Under the pieces are notes generated by a model, which saw nothing but the letters and a program-made list of their open reading frames with translations, was not told the origin of the DNA and did no database searches. Shown here one piece after another: positions 8,976-18,965 of a stretch of DNA of 20,000 nucleotides (positions within the stretch are counted from its first letter, which is position 1; every line of letters begins with the position of its first letter). This stretch comes from an uncultured virus (IMG/VR IMGVR_UViG_2927790845_000001) (Duplodnaviria > Heunggongvirae > Uroviricota > Caudoviricetes): IMG/VR virus record IMGVR_UViG_2927790845_000001, positions 56,359 through 76,358 of that record, one strand, 5' to 3'. A program made the position numbers and the translations under genes.

Positions 8976-8990
8976 TTTCCTCCACATTTC

Positions 8991-9434
8991 TTAGAAAGAA
9001 TTCTTCAGCTTTTCAGGCAGATCAAAGTCTTCAAATGTAAATGGAACTTCTTCTTCAAGTGCCTCTGAATCGACATCTAGTCCAGCAATTTTAGCTGAAT
9101 CAAAGTTGACATCGAATAATGTCACACGCTCTGTGCCTCGGCCTGATGATTTATCATCAATTACCGCTTGAAGAGTGAAATAAGGATCTTCCCCTTTTTT
9201 CACATAGTTGAGCATGAGTTGAACGAAACGTGACGTAACTTTATAGAATGTTGCCGTTCCTGTTCCGTTTGCCCCAGTTGTTTTATGGCCAGTCATTCGG
9301 CGGCCCATTACGTTCACTTCTGATTTATTTTTCTCCACGTTTGCTTCAAACGTTTTGATAAAGGCAAGTTCCTCACCTTCTAAGAAAAGACGACCTTCTT
9401 TACCTGAGATTGTATTTTGCGCTTTAAAAGCCAT
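8991..9434 (-). CDS. xkdM: tail tube (core) protein XkdM
   Basis: 147 aa, MAFKAQNTISGKEGRLF...EEEVPFTFEDFD, typical of the XkdM tube family; follows the sheath gene. Confidence 0.95.
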   Translation of the reverse strand: MAFKAQNTISGKEGRLFLEGEELAFIKTFEANVEKNKSEVNVMGRRMTGHKTTGANGTGTATFYKVTSRFVQLMLNYVKKGEDPYFTLQAVIDDKSSGRGTERVTLFDVNFDSAKIAGLDVDSEALEEEVPFTFEDFDLPEKLKNSF

Positions 9435-9435
9435 C

Positions 9436-10782
9436 TTACTTCACCTCCACATTGAAATAGAATTTTTCTGCTGCGTCTACTGGCTGTACTGCTAAATCGA
9501 TGATAAATCCATCACGATCTTCATTGAGGCCAATGACGATATCTGTTTCTGAGTTAAAGCCTGTAATACCGCTGCCATCTTGAAGTTGTGTGAGATACTG
9601 TGTAATCAGTGTTTTCACAAGCTGCACTCCATCATCAGATGCTGGAATGTCATTGCCATTGGCTTTGCGTAATTTAATCAAATTTTTCAGTTCAAATGTT
9701 AAATCATTGTTGATTGCATCTAGCACACGGATGATTTTGTTTTTCGCCATTTGCTGGTTCTTTTCAACCGTGAAGCTTGTCAAAGAGTTAATATCTTTTT
9801 CAACGCTCACCGTGCGGTCTCTTGCATCGAAAGTGAAAAGAAACTCTCCTTGTGATAAACGGTATTCTACTTGATCATTATCAAGACGCTCTAATGTATC
9901 GACTGCGCCTTCGTATTCAACAAAGGTCAGTGACTGATTAAAAGTCGCTCCTGCACTTGCTCCTGCGACCCAAGCTGTTGTTTGAGCAGGCGCGAGTTCT
10001 GTTCCGTCTTCTAAAACAACACCGCTTGTGACATTGATGATACCTTCTTGATCAGCTGCATAGTTAGCCACAACGCCTTGCACCTTACGTCCTTGCTTAT
10101 TACGTAAACGCTCAATAAATGACGCGAATGTTGCTTTTAATTGCTCACTATTATCGACTGGGAGTGCAATAACATCAAAGTATTCCGTTTCAGCTGCTTC
10201 TAGGAAAGCTGTATAATCTGCGACACTTGCCACACCGTTTTTCCCGCCGCTTAAAGCCGCTCCAGCAGTAATGACCGCTTCGCCTTCACCAGAAAATTGA
10301 ACGTATTTGTTTTTCACAAGATCTTTGACATCTGTGACCACCTGTTTATCGACAATATCTGTTCCAAGATAGGTGATGACGTCACGTTTTGTGCTGTCGA
10401 GTACATTTTCTGCCACTTGAATGGTAATCTCATTTCCTTTTTGACCACCGTAATTGGCAGTAACCACAAAGTTTTCTGCGATTTCCGCTTTGGCTGGCTC
10501 TCCTTCGTTTAGGCGGTAAAGCAAGACCGTTTGCGCTTTTTTCTTCGCTTCACGGAAAAGAAGAAGTGACTTATCATCAATGTTGAGCCCGACCTTTTTA
10601 TTTAAGTCTTCCATATCGGAAACGGAAATAAAGGTTTTTGGTTCTCCCCAGCTCATGACAAGAGGAAGTGCAACTGTTCCTCGCTCGCCTAAAGTAATTC
10701 GCTGCTCTGCTGTTGTTTTAAAATTAAAGTAAATGCCAGGACGCTTTTTCTCTGTACCTGGTGTAAAAGTGCCTCCGTTCAT
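9436..10782 (-). CDS. xkdK: contractile tail sheath protein XkdK
   Basis: 448 aa, MNGGTFTPGTEKKRPGIYFNF...VQPVDAAEKFYFNVEVK, sheath family. Confidence 0.95.
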   Translation of the reverse strand: MNGGTFTPGTEKKRPGIYFNFKTTAEQRITLGERGTVALPLVMSWGEPKTFISVSDMEDLNKKVGLNIDDKSLLLFREAKKKAQTVLLYRLNEGEPAKAEIAENFVVTANYGGQKGNEITIQVAENVLDSTKRDVITYLGTDIVDKQVVTDVKDLVKNKYVQFSGEGEAVITAGAALSGGKNGVASVADYTAFLEAAETEYFDVIALPVDNSEQLKATFASFIERLRNKQGRKVQGVVANYAADQEGIINVTSGVVLEDGTELAPAQTTAWVAGASAGATFNQSLTFVEYEGAVDTLERLDNDQVEYRLSQGEFLFTFDARDRTVSVEKDINSLTSFTVEKNQQMAKNKIIRVLDAINNDLTFELKNLIKLRKANGNDIPASDDGVQLVKTLITQYLTQLQDGSGITGFNSETDIVIGLNEDRDGFIIDLAVQPVDAAEKFYFNVEVK

Positions 10783-10785
10783 CCT

Positions 10786-10998
10786 TTAAACCTCCTTGGA
10801 CAAAAAAGCATCGATGTGCTTCTTTGCTTCTGTTTTTGTAATTGGTTGATGTTTGATATAAAAAAGAGCACCTTCAAGGATTTCTGGTTTTACCCCAAAA
10901 AGATCCTTGCTGTGCTCTTTTAAGGCTTCAAATGAAAAGCCAAATTCTTTTTCTTCGCCCGCTGTTTGATCGAGCTGTGTTTTTTTAGTCTTGCTCAC
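10786..10998 (-). CDS. small conserved phage protein upstream of the sheath (YkzM-like)
   Basis: 70 aa with FGVKPEILEGALF...ITKTEAKKHIDAFLSKEV; synteny between xkdJ and xkdK. Confidence 0.75.
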   Translation of the reverse strand: MSKTKKTQLDQTAGEEKEFGFSFEALKEHSKDLFGVKPEILEGALFYIKHQPITKTEAKKHIDAFLSKEV

Positions 10999-11440
10999 GT
11001 TTGATCACCCCATCTGAAAAATTGATATCTTCTAGGCTTGGCTGTTTATCTCGGTTGTACCAATAGCTGCTATCCCATGTCAGGACAATCGCTGCTACAC
11101 CTTGATCTATGATTCTTGTTTCCACTCTTTTTATGCGGACATAATCATCAAGCACCTCTCCATCTTCACTGATCATCTGAATGATTTGACGATCAGCAAG
11201 CAATGCATCGACGACTGTTTCCGCCGCATCATGCGCTTTTTCTGTATCCATATGAAACACTTTCACTTGCAGCGAATAAGATTTCATAAAAGTAGACACT
11301 GTATCTGGACCACTAATGACAGTCACTGGCGGCACATAAACAGATGGCACTTGAAAACGCTCTGGCAGAAGACGATCATACATTTTCACTGGATAGCGTG
11401 TGTATATATAATGCATGATTGCCCCGACTTCTTGATTCAT
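10985..11440 (-). CDS. xkdJ: tail terminator/completion protein XkdJ
   Basis: Start moved to ATG 11440 (MNQEVGAIM) after GGAGGTGA; 151 aa; synteny. Confidence 0.82.
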   Translation of the reverse strand: MNQEVGAIMHYIYTRYPVKMYDRLLPERFQVPSVYVPPVTVISGPDTVSTFMKSYSLQVKVFHMDTEKAHDAAETVVDALLADRQIIQMISEDGEVLDDYVRIKRVETRIIDQGVAAIVLTWDSSYWYNRDKQPSLEDINFSDGVIKREQD

Positions 11441-11444
11441 TCCA

Positions 11445-11942
11445 TCACCTCCCAAAATGTCGATCGATCCAGCTTTGAAGCTTTCGATCCAGCGAGTGTT
11501 CAAACATTTGTTCATAGAGCATGACGGCATGATCCCAGTACCCATTTCCTTCAATCCATTGAGATGAAAGCATCATGCCAGTACTGGCATTCGGATCATA
11601 TTCAAAGCGGCTGCCGTTCCATCTGCCAGGCACCCATCTTCGTTCTCCATTTGAAGAAATGGCATGTCCATCATTCACGTAAGAGGCATAATCGAGCTGT
11701 GTCCCTACTTCTAGCGTGAGCCCGCCTCGGGAAGTGAGAAAGTGATTCTCCTTGTCACCTTTTTGAAAGGAATTGAGGAGACGTCCTGTATCAACAGCCT
11801 TTTCTTTGATGATTTCATCTTGAATGATGTCTAAAAACTGTAAGCCCATTTCCTGTAACCACTCTTGATATTGCGCCGTTAAGCCGCCACTATTTGCCTG
11901 TTGGAGCTGGGATAGCAGCCGGTCAAGTCCATCAATTTTCAT
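11445..11942 (-). CDS. xkdI: HK97 gp10-like tail completion protein XkdI
   Basis: Start ATG 11942 (MKIDGLDRL) overlaps the xkdH stop (ATGA). Motifs VDTGRLLNS and VGTQLDYASYVNDGH. Confidence 0.88.
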   Translation of the reverse strand: MKIDGLDRLLSQLQQANSGGLTAQYQEWLQEMGLQFLDIIQDEIIKEKAVDTGRLLNSFQKGDKENHFLTSRGGLTLEVGTQLDYASYVNDGHAISSNGERRWVPGRWNGSRFEYDPNASTGMMLSSQWIEGNGYWDHAVMLYEQMFEHSLDRKLQSWIDRHFGR

Positions 11943-12295
11943 AGGTTTTCCTTTCTGACGGCCATCACTTCCATGTGATGATTTTTCACTCTTTTTGGCT
12001 GCTGCAACTTGAGTGAGATGCCGTTCCACACCATTTTGTCATGCAAGCGAATGTCGCTTGCTAAAGGGAAATGGACGAGATAGGACTGATAGATGACTGT
12101 ATTCGGTTCTTCTTGCACGAGTGACTGGCTTTTTTCTACAACATAGCAAGACACATCTCTCATACTTGGTGTATCAGGATAAGAGATGTCCGTTTGCAGA
12201 TCTCCTGCTGGTATACCAAATTTGCCGCGGACTGCCTCTTCATTCTCTAAGTGAAAAAGATCACAGCGATCCGTTAATAGAGAATCATAACTCAT
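11939..12295 (-). CDS. xkdH: head-tail joining (stopper) protein XkdH
   Basis: 118 aa, MSYDSLLTDRCDLFHL; synteny. Confidence 0.87.
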   Translation of the reverse strand: MSYDSLLTDRCDLFHLENEEAVRGKFGIPAGDLQTDISYPDTPSMRDVSCYVVEKSQSLVQEEPNTVIYQSYLVHFPLASDIRLHDKMVWNGISLKLQQPKRVKNHHMEVMAVRKENL

Positions 12296-12675
12296 AATGA
12301 TCTCACCTTTAAATTGGCGCTGCCGCCAGTTAGTGAAGGTTCAATATAATCAACAAGAAGGGCATACACATAAGGTCTGCCTTTCACTTTGTCCGCTGCC
12401 TTTGCATATGAATAATCACCCATTTTTTCTGAAGTCAAGCCTTTCATCATGGATTCATCATCATTCAGCATGGCAAAATACTGGGCCATTTTTAATAAGG
12501 CGATCCTTGCTTTTTCAGGAATGGGCTGATATTTTTCATGTGTAAAATCGTGCCCGACAATTTGAAATACCGCTGCTTCTGCTTCAATAATATCTGCCGC
12601 TAGTCTCTCTACAGAACGATTTTTCACGCGATCAAATACAGAATAGGCTTGTAGTTCCTCAGCAGAAATGATCAT
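12292..12675 (-). CDS. head-tail connector/adaptor protein (YqbG/YkzL-like)
   Basis: 127 aa immediately after the capsid gene; motif SEKMGDYSY is typical of head-tail adaptors. Confidence 0.82.
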   Translation of the reverse strand: MIISAEELQAYSVFDRVKNRSVERLAADIIEAEAAVFQIVGHDFTHEKYQPIPEKARIALLKMAQYFAMLNDDESMMKGLTSEKMGDYSYAKAADKVKGRPYVYALLVDYIEPSLTGGSANLKVRSL

Positions 12676-12688
12676 AGCCTGCTGTCAC

Positions 12689-13612
12689 CTACTCTTTCAC
12701 TTTCATTACTTTGGCTACAGCATCCTCTTCCTCAAATTTGCTGTCGAGCTTCGCTGTCAGAACAATGATAAACTTACGGCTGCGAATATCTTTTTCTACT
12801 TCAATACGAATATTGCGAGAAAACCCTACGATAATGTTTTTCGGATGTGTCAGTAAAATATCTGATACGTCTGTTCCTTCTTCATCATATGGCTGCATAT
12901 TGGCAAGACCTTTGACCGGAACACCGAATGCAGAAGAAAGTCCGCCTTGAATCGCCGCATCTCCGAGACCTGTCTGACGGTTTGCTACTTGGTCTTTCCA
13001 CTCGACCTCTAAACTTGGGGATGTATAAAAACGGAAATCCTGAGGTACACGTAAATATTTTGACGGCATCGCTTTATAGGCTTGTTTGAACATTTGACGG
13101 CTAATTTCCGCTCCATTCGCATCGACAATATGAGAAACTGCCTGTTTTCGTACGCCATCCATTTGAGCTAAAAATGGATCTTGTGATGTTGTATCACCGT
13201 TGACGATCAGTTCTTCAATATCGACTGCCGCTCGTTCCGCCAGCATTTGCATAATGGTCTGCTGAATCCCGTCTTTTTCAATGTTGTTTTCAATGCTGTC
13301 GTACGTCATATGGATCTCAGCAATGACTTCTTTTGCATTGAGCTGGACAGTGCTTGTCGCTGGAACAACACGGTCTTTTGCATCAAGCGCTTTGCCTTCT
13401 TCTGCTGGGCGTAAAATGCGCTGACCGAAGCCGATTTTTTCGATTTTTTGTGAATCACTTTCCATTGGAATGATACGTGCATCATTTAAAACGGTTGGTG
13501 TATTTTGCATCATTCTAATGAATGTGTTGGATTGGGCTGCGTTCATGAGACCGCCTGTTTTTAAGCTGGCAAGTGTCATTTCAGCCTTGCGAATCAACTC
13601 TTGATTTCTCAC
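12689..13612 (-). CDS. xkdG: major capsid protein XkdG
   Basis: 307 aa from a GTG start after [31 protein letters not shown]...[14 protein letters not shown]. Confidence 0.93.
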   Translation of the reverse strand: MRNQELIRKAEMTLASLKTGGLMNAAQSNTFIRMMQNTPTVLNDARIIPMESDSQKIEKIGFGQRILRPAEEGKALDAKDRVVPATSTVQLNAKEVIAEIHMTYDSIENNIEKDGIQQTIMQMLAERAAVDIEELIVNGDTTSQDPFLAQMDGVRKQAVSHIVDANGAEISRQMFKQAYKAMPSKYLRVPQDFRFYTSPSLEVEWKDQVANRQTGLGDAAIQGGLSSAFGVPVKGLANMQPYDEEGTDVSDILLTHPKNIIVGFSRNIRIEVEKDIRSRKFIIVLTAKLDSKFEEEDAVAKVMKVKE

Positions 13613-13634
13613 ACTTTTTCCTCCTTATTTAGGC

Positions 13635-14723
13635 TTATAGTAAGCCATCCCATATGGGCTTTGTCATATCATTTTGTGTATCGTAATTTGTTTGTTTAGA
13701 AATGCCCCGCGCTTTTTCAAGCATGTGTATCCGCTCTGAAATAGGCAGTAGCTGTTGCTGAAGCACTTCCTGAATCGCTGCTTTTTCTCTGCCTGCTGAT
13801 TTCTCTAAGGTAGAGAGCTGATGACGAATTGGCGCAACCACTTGCTCCAGCACTTTTTGCACAGGTTCTTCTTCACCTGTTTGATCTGTCCCTTGTTTAT
13901 CCGCTTGTAAAACGTTGTCGATGGCCATTTTTGCTTTTTCTAGTTCGCGTACTTGATCAGTCGTTAATCCGGCATCTTGCTTTTGAACGGATGCTGGTCT
14001 TTCACCAATCGTTTGGAGGACATCATTTGTTTTCAACACATCCTGCACGATTGGAATCAATTGTTCAAGTGCCGCTCTTACGCTAGACTCATCACCATCA
14101 CTTGACTGCAACGTTTCCAGCAGATGATCTAAAACGCTCCAAAATTGTTGTGGCATATTTGCACCTTCCTCTTTCAAAAAGAAATTTTTCAGCAAAGAAA
14201 AAAGCCCTCTCTCGTTCGTTTCTTGAGATAGGAGCTGATCGTGTTCCTCTATTGCGATGATGTCTGCTGTTCCAGCCATTGAGTAGCCTGTAATATGGCC
14301 TTGCTGAATTTGGTCCCAAATATCTTGTGATGCCTTTGTCACAAGTACCCAAGATCCTTTTTGAATCAGCTCCCCGCCTACTTCAAAATCCGCTGGGGCA
14401 ATGTATGATTCGACGACTTCACCAACACCATCTTGAAAATCATGCTGTTTATCAATGTGACGGGCATCTTTCATAAAACCGTGTGCTGCTCTTTCAATTT
14501 CTTTGGCCGACATAAAGTCTTGATGTGCATCAGGTGTATTCGGTTCATACACGACGCCATATACGAGGCGATGCGCATCCTCTGCCTTCGTCAGGACACT
14601 GACTTCTTTTTGAAAGTCAGACTGCTTTTTCTTTGCTTTCATCAAGAAAAATTTCTTTTGGTTGGCGGCCTTGTCCACATAGGAAACATGTGTAATTTTT
14701 GCGTTTTTTAATTCCCTTGGCAT
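13635..14723 (-). CDS. xkdF: prohead protease/scaffold protein XkdF (putative phage serine protease)
   Basis: Start ATG 14723 (MPRELKNAKITHVSYVDKAAN) after AAAGGGGGTGA. Motifs LVYGVVYEP, IDKQHDF and ITGYSMAG, followed by a helical Q/E-rich C-terminal half. Confidence 0.88.
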   Translation of the reverse strand: MPRELKNAKITHVSYVDKAANQKKFFLMKAKKKQSDFQKEVSVLTKAEDAHRLVYGVVYEPNTPDAHQDFMSAKEIERAAHGFMKDARHIDKQHDFQDGVGEVVESYIAPADFEVGGELIQKGSWVLVTKASQDIWDQIQQGHITGYSMAGTADIIAIEEHDQLLSQETNERGLFSLLKNFFLKEEGANMPQQFWSVLDHLLETLQSSDGDESSVRAALEQLIPIVQDVLKTNDVLQTIGERPASVQKQDAGLTTDQVRELEKAKMAIDNVLQADKQGTDQTGEEEPVQKVLEQVVAPIRHQLSTLEKSAGREKAAIQEVLQQQLLPISERIHMLEKARGISKQTNYDTQNDMTKPIWDGLL

Positions 14724-14758
14724 ATGTTCACCCCCTTTCAAAAAAAGCTCACGTCCTT

Positions 14759-16216
14759 TTATTTCTCCAGCTGGTTTGACTCGGATGGAGACAGCCCATT
14801 AGCTGTTTTTATGCGGCTTTCTAAAGGTCGGTGGTAGAATTCTTCCGGCCATTCCTCTAACGTCTTACCAAGAATACGCCCCGCAAGATCTCGTAAATCA
14901 TTTGGCGATACTGCCCCAGCCTGAATAAATGGTGTTAGAACCTTCGCTATCTCTAATGGATCTCTAAAGTCAGGACCATTTAATAGAAAGCGGACATGCC
15001 ATATATCTAAATCCGGGAGAAAAAGAGTATTGAGTTTCCCTGCAATAAGATGCCGCTCTGGCTGAAACACTTGCTCCTCCGTTGTTTTTCGCGCGGTATC
15101 TGCTGTAGCCTTGTTATAATCTTGTGACTCTCCTGTGTAAATAGGCGGCAGACGAAAAGCGGAGCGGATTTTGTTTCTCGTCTTTTCATCGTATTCTAAA
15201 AAGAGCGCATCCTCTTGCAGGATTTCCGCCAAGGATTTAAAATTCACTTTGACATTTGATACATCTTCTTCACCTGTTAATCCTTTTTCTGTCGGAAGCC
15301 CTTCTACTTCGAGCAATAAAAACTTATGCGCATGATCAGACCCTTCAATATCATCCATATAATCTTGTAGCTGCTGATAAGAAGTCTCTGACAGCATGCC
15401 GTTTTCAACAATGATGGCACCAGGTACATGCCTTCCTTGCTTAAAATAAAGATAATTCAGCTCTTCTGCTTTTCGTGCGCCATACATATTGACGATGTTG
15501 CCAATCCAGCGGGGAATCCCATACGTCCCACTGCCAATTTTAAAATGAATGACTTCTGTTGCTTGAAGTGGTTCTGGTGTAGCATCATCGTACTTGCCTG
15601 TTTCATAATTTAATATGCGCGGATCACCATACTCCTTGAAAAAGACTTTCTTCTCATTGATGACCTGCACATATTTTCGGAATCGTTTCTTGCGATTCAT
15701 CGTCTTTAATTCGCCGTTTTCTGTGTAGTGGAATTCGACGTCGACTGGCTCACTCAACTTGCAAATGCGAATATGGAGTGCATCCAAATACTCGATTCCT
15801 GCCGGCTTTCCTTGTCCATCCCGCAGCACCTCTAAAAAGCCATTTCCTGTTTTCTCCCGGTCTTCTAGGACATAACCAAGAATCACGTCAGCAGACTCAT
15901 CATAGTTCATGTATTTCGTAAACTCTTCGAGTCTTGTCCATTCCTTCTCGGCTGTCTTCTTTTTGACCGGTTTCACATCTTCCGCATTAAAATCAAAGGC
16001 GTATTCCACCCCAAAGCCAAAGCCTAAAATGTTTGTTCGATACGCATCTATACATTGCTGAAGAATCGTTGAGTATTCTGCCATGCTTTTTAATTCATTG
16101 ATATGGTAGGGCGGCGGGACAATGTCATCTTTTTCGTATGAAAATTCATCCTCATACATTTGTTTTGTATGATCAGACATGTTGGCCTTCATAATCGTTG
16201 CTTTTAATTGTTTCAT
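14759..16216 (-). CDS. xkdE: phage portal protein XkdE
   Basis: 485 aa directly after the terminase large subunit; motifs [22 protein letters not shown] and IRSAFRLPP. Confidence 0.93.
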   Translation of the reverse strand: MKQLKATIMKANMSDHTKQMYEDEFSYEKDDIVPPPYHINELKSMAEYSTILQQCIDAYRTNILGFGFGVEYAFDFNAEDVKPVKKKTAEKEWTRLEEFTKYMNYDESADVILGYVLEDREKTGNGFLEVLRDGQGKPAGIEYLDALHIRICKLSEPVDVEFHYTENGELKTMNRKKRFRKYVQVINEKKVFFKEYGDPRILNYETGKYDDATPEPLQATEVIHFKIGSGTYGIPRWIGNIVNMYGARKAEELNYLYFKQGRHVPGAIIVENGMLSETSYQQLQDYMDDIEGSDHAHKFLLLEVEGLPTEKGLTGEEDVSNVKVNFKSLAEILQEDALFLEYDEKTRNKIRSAFRLPPIYTGESQDYNKATADTARKTTEEQVFQPERHLIAGKLNTLFLPDLDIWHVRFLLNGPDFRDPLEIAKVLTPFIQAGAVSPNDLRDLAGRILGKTLEEWPEEFYHRPLESRIKTANGLSPSESNQLEK

Positions 16217-17526
16217 TGTATGGACCTCCTCTCTCGGTTTGGACGGACACGCTCTGAAGCAGTCTGTTTCAAATCGGTCACCTCATAATCATCTAGCGCA
16301 TACCAAATGGCGGATAATGTGTGTGGATCGATTTGAAATTCATCTTCTTCTAAGCGGCCGTTCTTATCTGCCTTATAGGTTAGTGATTGAAGTTCATAGA
16401 TGGTATAAGGGCAAGCATCAGAACAAATGATTTTCTTAAATCGTTTGATTTTCTTTGTATATTGCAAACGTGACCCTTGGAACTTATGCGCAGCGACCAT
16501 TTGAAATCCGCGCTGCCGAAAATAGTGAATCGTTTTAGGCTCTGCTGCGTCTGCCTTAATGAGTTCCTTTGATTCAACAAATTCTTTCAAATCAACAGCT
16601 GTTTCATCATCTGTTTTCCCGCGGTCGTAATATTCCCAATAAATATATAAGTACTTTTTTTCATGATCGACAGCTAACCGAATGAGCGCATTGTAGGATT
16701 CGACAAATCCAAAATCCATCCCCGCTCGTTTCAGCGGTCTTTCAATCTGCCCGATCGCATCTAATACGTCAGCATGCTGTCTGACCTCAAATTGCGGAAA
16801 CACTTTTGTGCCATTGATACCGAAGTATCCCTTTCTTGCAATTCGATAAAGATCTGGATCGTATTCTTTCAGCTCATCCAGCTGCTTGACATAGCTTCTA
16901 GGAAGAAATAGATTGTCTTCTGCTGTTGAGTGGTGATAGTACGTATCTTTTATCACGATGGTTCGCTGTTTGTATAAGGTTTCGTCATCAAGGACAAATC
17001 GTTTCAGCTGTTCATCTCTAAAGAAATGTCTGTACGTCCAATTATCCTGACCAACGGGATTCGTCGATAACATCATATAAAGAGGTAAAACCGGATGTCT
17101 CAGCCTTCCAAGCAGTTCTTTAAACCCTTCATATGAAACCTCGGAACACTCCTCAATCCAAATAATTGAGATGTTGTTGATCGACTTCAATTTCTCAGGC
17201 TTGTCCAGTCCTTTAAATAAAATGCTGCTCCCATTGCGAAAAGTGAGAGCAAGCGGTGAACTGCGGCACTTTACTAGATGATCAATGCCAAGATCGCTGA
17301 CGATTTCTTGTAAAAGAGAGTAGGTCGACTCCCGGTGCGTATCATACACTTCTCGAATGACAAGTGCTGTTCGTTTTTCCTCAAGCAGTTTTAAAATCAG
17401 CTTTAAAGCAATGTGATAGCTTTTGGAGGAGCCATAACCGCCTACTAAAAACTGAAACTTTTGATTCCAATCGAACAAAAAGTGTTCAAAATGAGGATTG
17501 ACTTCTTTTTCAATCAACGGCGTCAT
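16213..17526 (-). CDS. xtmB: terminase large subunit XtmB
   Basis: Walker A-like GGYGSSKS, Walker B IIWIEE, STNP coupling motif, nuclease motifs GMDFGF and [12 protein letters not shown]. Confidence 0.96.
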   Translation of the reverse strand: MTPLIEKEVNPHFEHFLFDWNQKFQFLVGGYGSSKSYHIALKLILKLLEEKRTALVIREVYDTHRESTYSLLQEIVSDLGIDHLVKCRSSPLALTFRNGSSILFKGLDKPEKLKSINNISIIWIEECSEVSYEGFKELLGRLRHPVLPLYMMLSTNPVGQDNWTYRHFFRDEQLKRFVLDDETLYKQRTIVIKDTYYHHSTAEDNLFLPRSYVKQLDELKEYDPDLYRIARKGYFGINGTKVFPQFEVRQHADVLDAIGQIERPLKRAGMDFGFVESYNALIRLAVDHEKKYLYIYWEYYDRGKTDDETAVDLKEFVESKELIKADAAEPKTIHYFRQRGFQMVAAHKFQGSRLQYTKKIKRFKKIICSDACPYTIYELQSLTYKADKNGRLEEDEFQIDPHTLSAIWYALDDYEVTDLKQTASERVRPNRERRSIQ

Positions 17527-18170
17527 GAATCGTCCTCTTTTCTTTTGATCATGATATGAAGATCTTCTTCTTTTTCCTCACGAACTGCTTTTTTTGTTTT
17601 TTCGATTGTCAGCTCAATTTGCTTCAGCCTTAATCTTCGTTCATCTTTCGCATGAGCGAGCTCTTCAAACTGTTTAATCAGCCGTCTTAGTTCTCCCATT
17701 GCACGAGATTGGGCATTTAAAAAAGTAGCATGCCGATCCCATGAAAATTGAAACGAAAATTCCTCTGCCGTGATCTCTGGCTCTGGATGAATGCCTTCGC
17801 CTGTTTCTTCCTCTAATGAAGAAGGCAAGTACGTCGCCTTTTTCAGTTCTTTGATCATGTCATCTTGATCTGCTACATGCATGATGCGCTGCGCTCGAAT
17901 AATGGCTGCGTATTGAATTTGAATTTGATCCCAGATGATATCAAGAGATGTGCGCCCATCCATTTTTTCCATGATTTCAATCGTTTCATCTGAAAGAAAT
18001 TGGTGAAAGATCGAGTGCGCCTGCTTTGACGGTGTTTTTTGTCTTTGCCAGCCGTATCGTCTTTTCCATGATTTAACGGTATGGATGGAGACGTTGTAAT
18101 GATCGGCTAGTTGCTGGTACGTCATCCCTTTCATATAATCCTGCTTAGCCTCTATCCGTTTATCTTTCAT
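17523..18170 (-). CDS. xtmA: terminase small subunit XtmA
   Basis: N-terminal HTH ([30 protein letters not shown]); conserved [16 protein letters not shown] and [15 protein letters not shown]. Confidence 0.9.
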   Translation of the reverse strand: MKDKRIEAKQDYMKGMTYQQLADHYNVSIHTVKSWKRRYGWQRQKTPSKQAHSIFHQFLSDETIEIMEKMDGRTSLDIIWDQIQIQYAAIIRAQRIMHVADQDDMIKELKKATYLPSSLEEETGEGIHPEPEITAEEFSFQFSWDRHATFLNAQSRAMGELRRLIKQFEELAHAKDERRLRLKQIELTIEKTKKAVREEKEEDLHIMIKRKEDDS

Positions 18171-18254
18171 TTACATTCACCTGCCGCCTCCTTTTAGTTC
18201 GAATGATTCCCTGAAGAGAAATCATTTGTGCCGGGCTAGCAAACATTCGTTTGG

Positions 18255-18300
18255 TCTTTCTAACTATAGGTGGCAACTGTAAGACAAGCTTTTGAAGATT
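18255..18300 (-). promoter_or_regulatory. probable Xpf-dependent late promoter region
   Basis: Lies between the xpf terminator and xtmA. Minus strand reads TCTTACAGTTGCCACCTATAGT. Position is inferred from PBSX organisation; the exact elements are not verified. Confidence 0.45.
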
Positions 18301-18310
18301 GATGTGATGA

Positions 18311-18348
18311 AAGAAAAAACGCCTATTCAGCAGCTCTGAATAGACGTT
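18311..18348 (-). terminator. intrinsic terminator overlapping the end of xpf
   Basis: Minus strand AACGTCTATTCAG-agctg-CTGAATAGGCGTT then TTTTCTTT (13-bp stem). Confidence 0.8.
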
Positions 18349-18841
18349 CTTGTACTTTTTTGGACATTTTGGTCCGAGCTCTTTCCATATGTTTTTGGAC
18401 TGTTCCTTTTTTTACATCTAGCATGATCGCAATCTCGCTAAATGACAGACCCTGTGTTGTGTGCATAAAAAACACGTCTTTCTCTCGATCTGTTAAAACA
18501 GACAAAGCTTCATCGATTCGCTTTTTATCCCGCTCACTTACCTCTCTTTCTTTCTCTTGAATGAGGGTGTATTCATGTGATAAAGCCTCTAATACCTCTT
18601 GATTAGCAAGAATGGTTCGCTGATACACAGACCGTCTATCTAATCCTCTGCGTGCGCCTGGCTCTCTACCGATTTGAAGCCATTCCACCACGTATTCTAA
18701 ATCACTGACCATACTGGCGATCATTTTTTGATCATGTTTGTCCTGATCTGACATCTGTTTCTCTTCTTTGTCTTTCAATTGTTCATATCGTTTTCTGGCA
18801 TCTTTTAAACTTCTTTTATATTCAATCAGTAAATCTTGCAT
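18323..18841 (-). CDS. xpf: sigma factor-like positive control factor Xpf (Pcf)
   Basis: MQDLLIEYKRSLK; WLQIGREPGARRGLDRRSVYQR; C-terminal sigma region 4 HTH (LSFSEIAIMLDVKKGTVQKHMERARTK); upstream of the terminase. Confidence 0.93.
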   Translation of the reverse strand: MQDLLIEYKRSLKDARKRYEQLKDKEEKQMSDQDKHDQKMIASMVSDLEYVVEWLQIGREPGARRGLDRRSVYQRTILANQEVLEALSHEYTLIQEKEREVSERDKKRIDEALSVLTDREKDVFFMHTTQGLSFSEIAIMLDVKKGTVQKHMERARTKMSKKVQERLFRAAE

Positions 18842-18869
18842 CTATGCTCTCTCCCTTTTTTAAGAAAAT

Positions 18870-18920
18870 AAAAAACGGACACCAATCAGCCCCTTTTTAT
18901 AGGGTCTTGATCAGTGTCCG
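18870..18920 (-). terminator. intrinsic terminator between xtrA and xpf
   Basis: Minus strand CGGACACTGATCA...TGATTGGTGTCCG (13 bp including G-U pairs), with an inner CCCT/AGGG stem, followed by TTTTTT. Confidence 0.82.
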
Positions 18921-18965
18921 CAGGCTTTCCGTCTTGGACTTATTCAGTTGTTCTTGTTCATCAGA

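Noticed and set aside
11102..11524. 140-aa + strand ORF
   Set aside because: Antisense to xkdJ/xkdI with no recognisable features; a shadow ORF.
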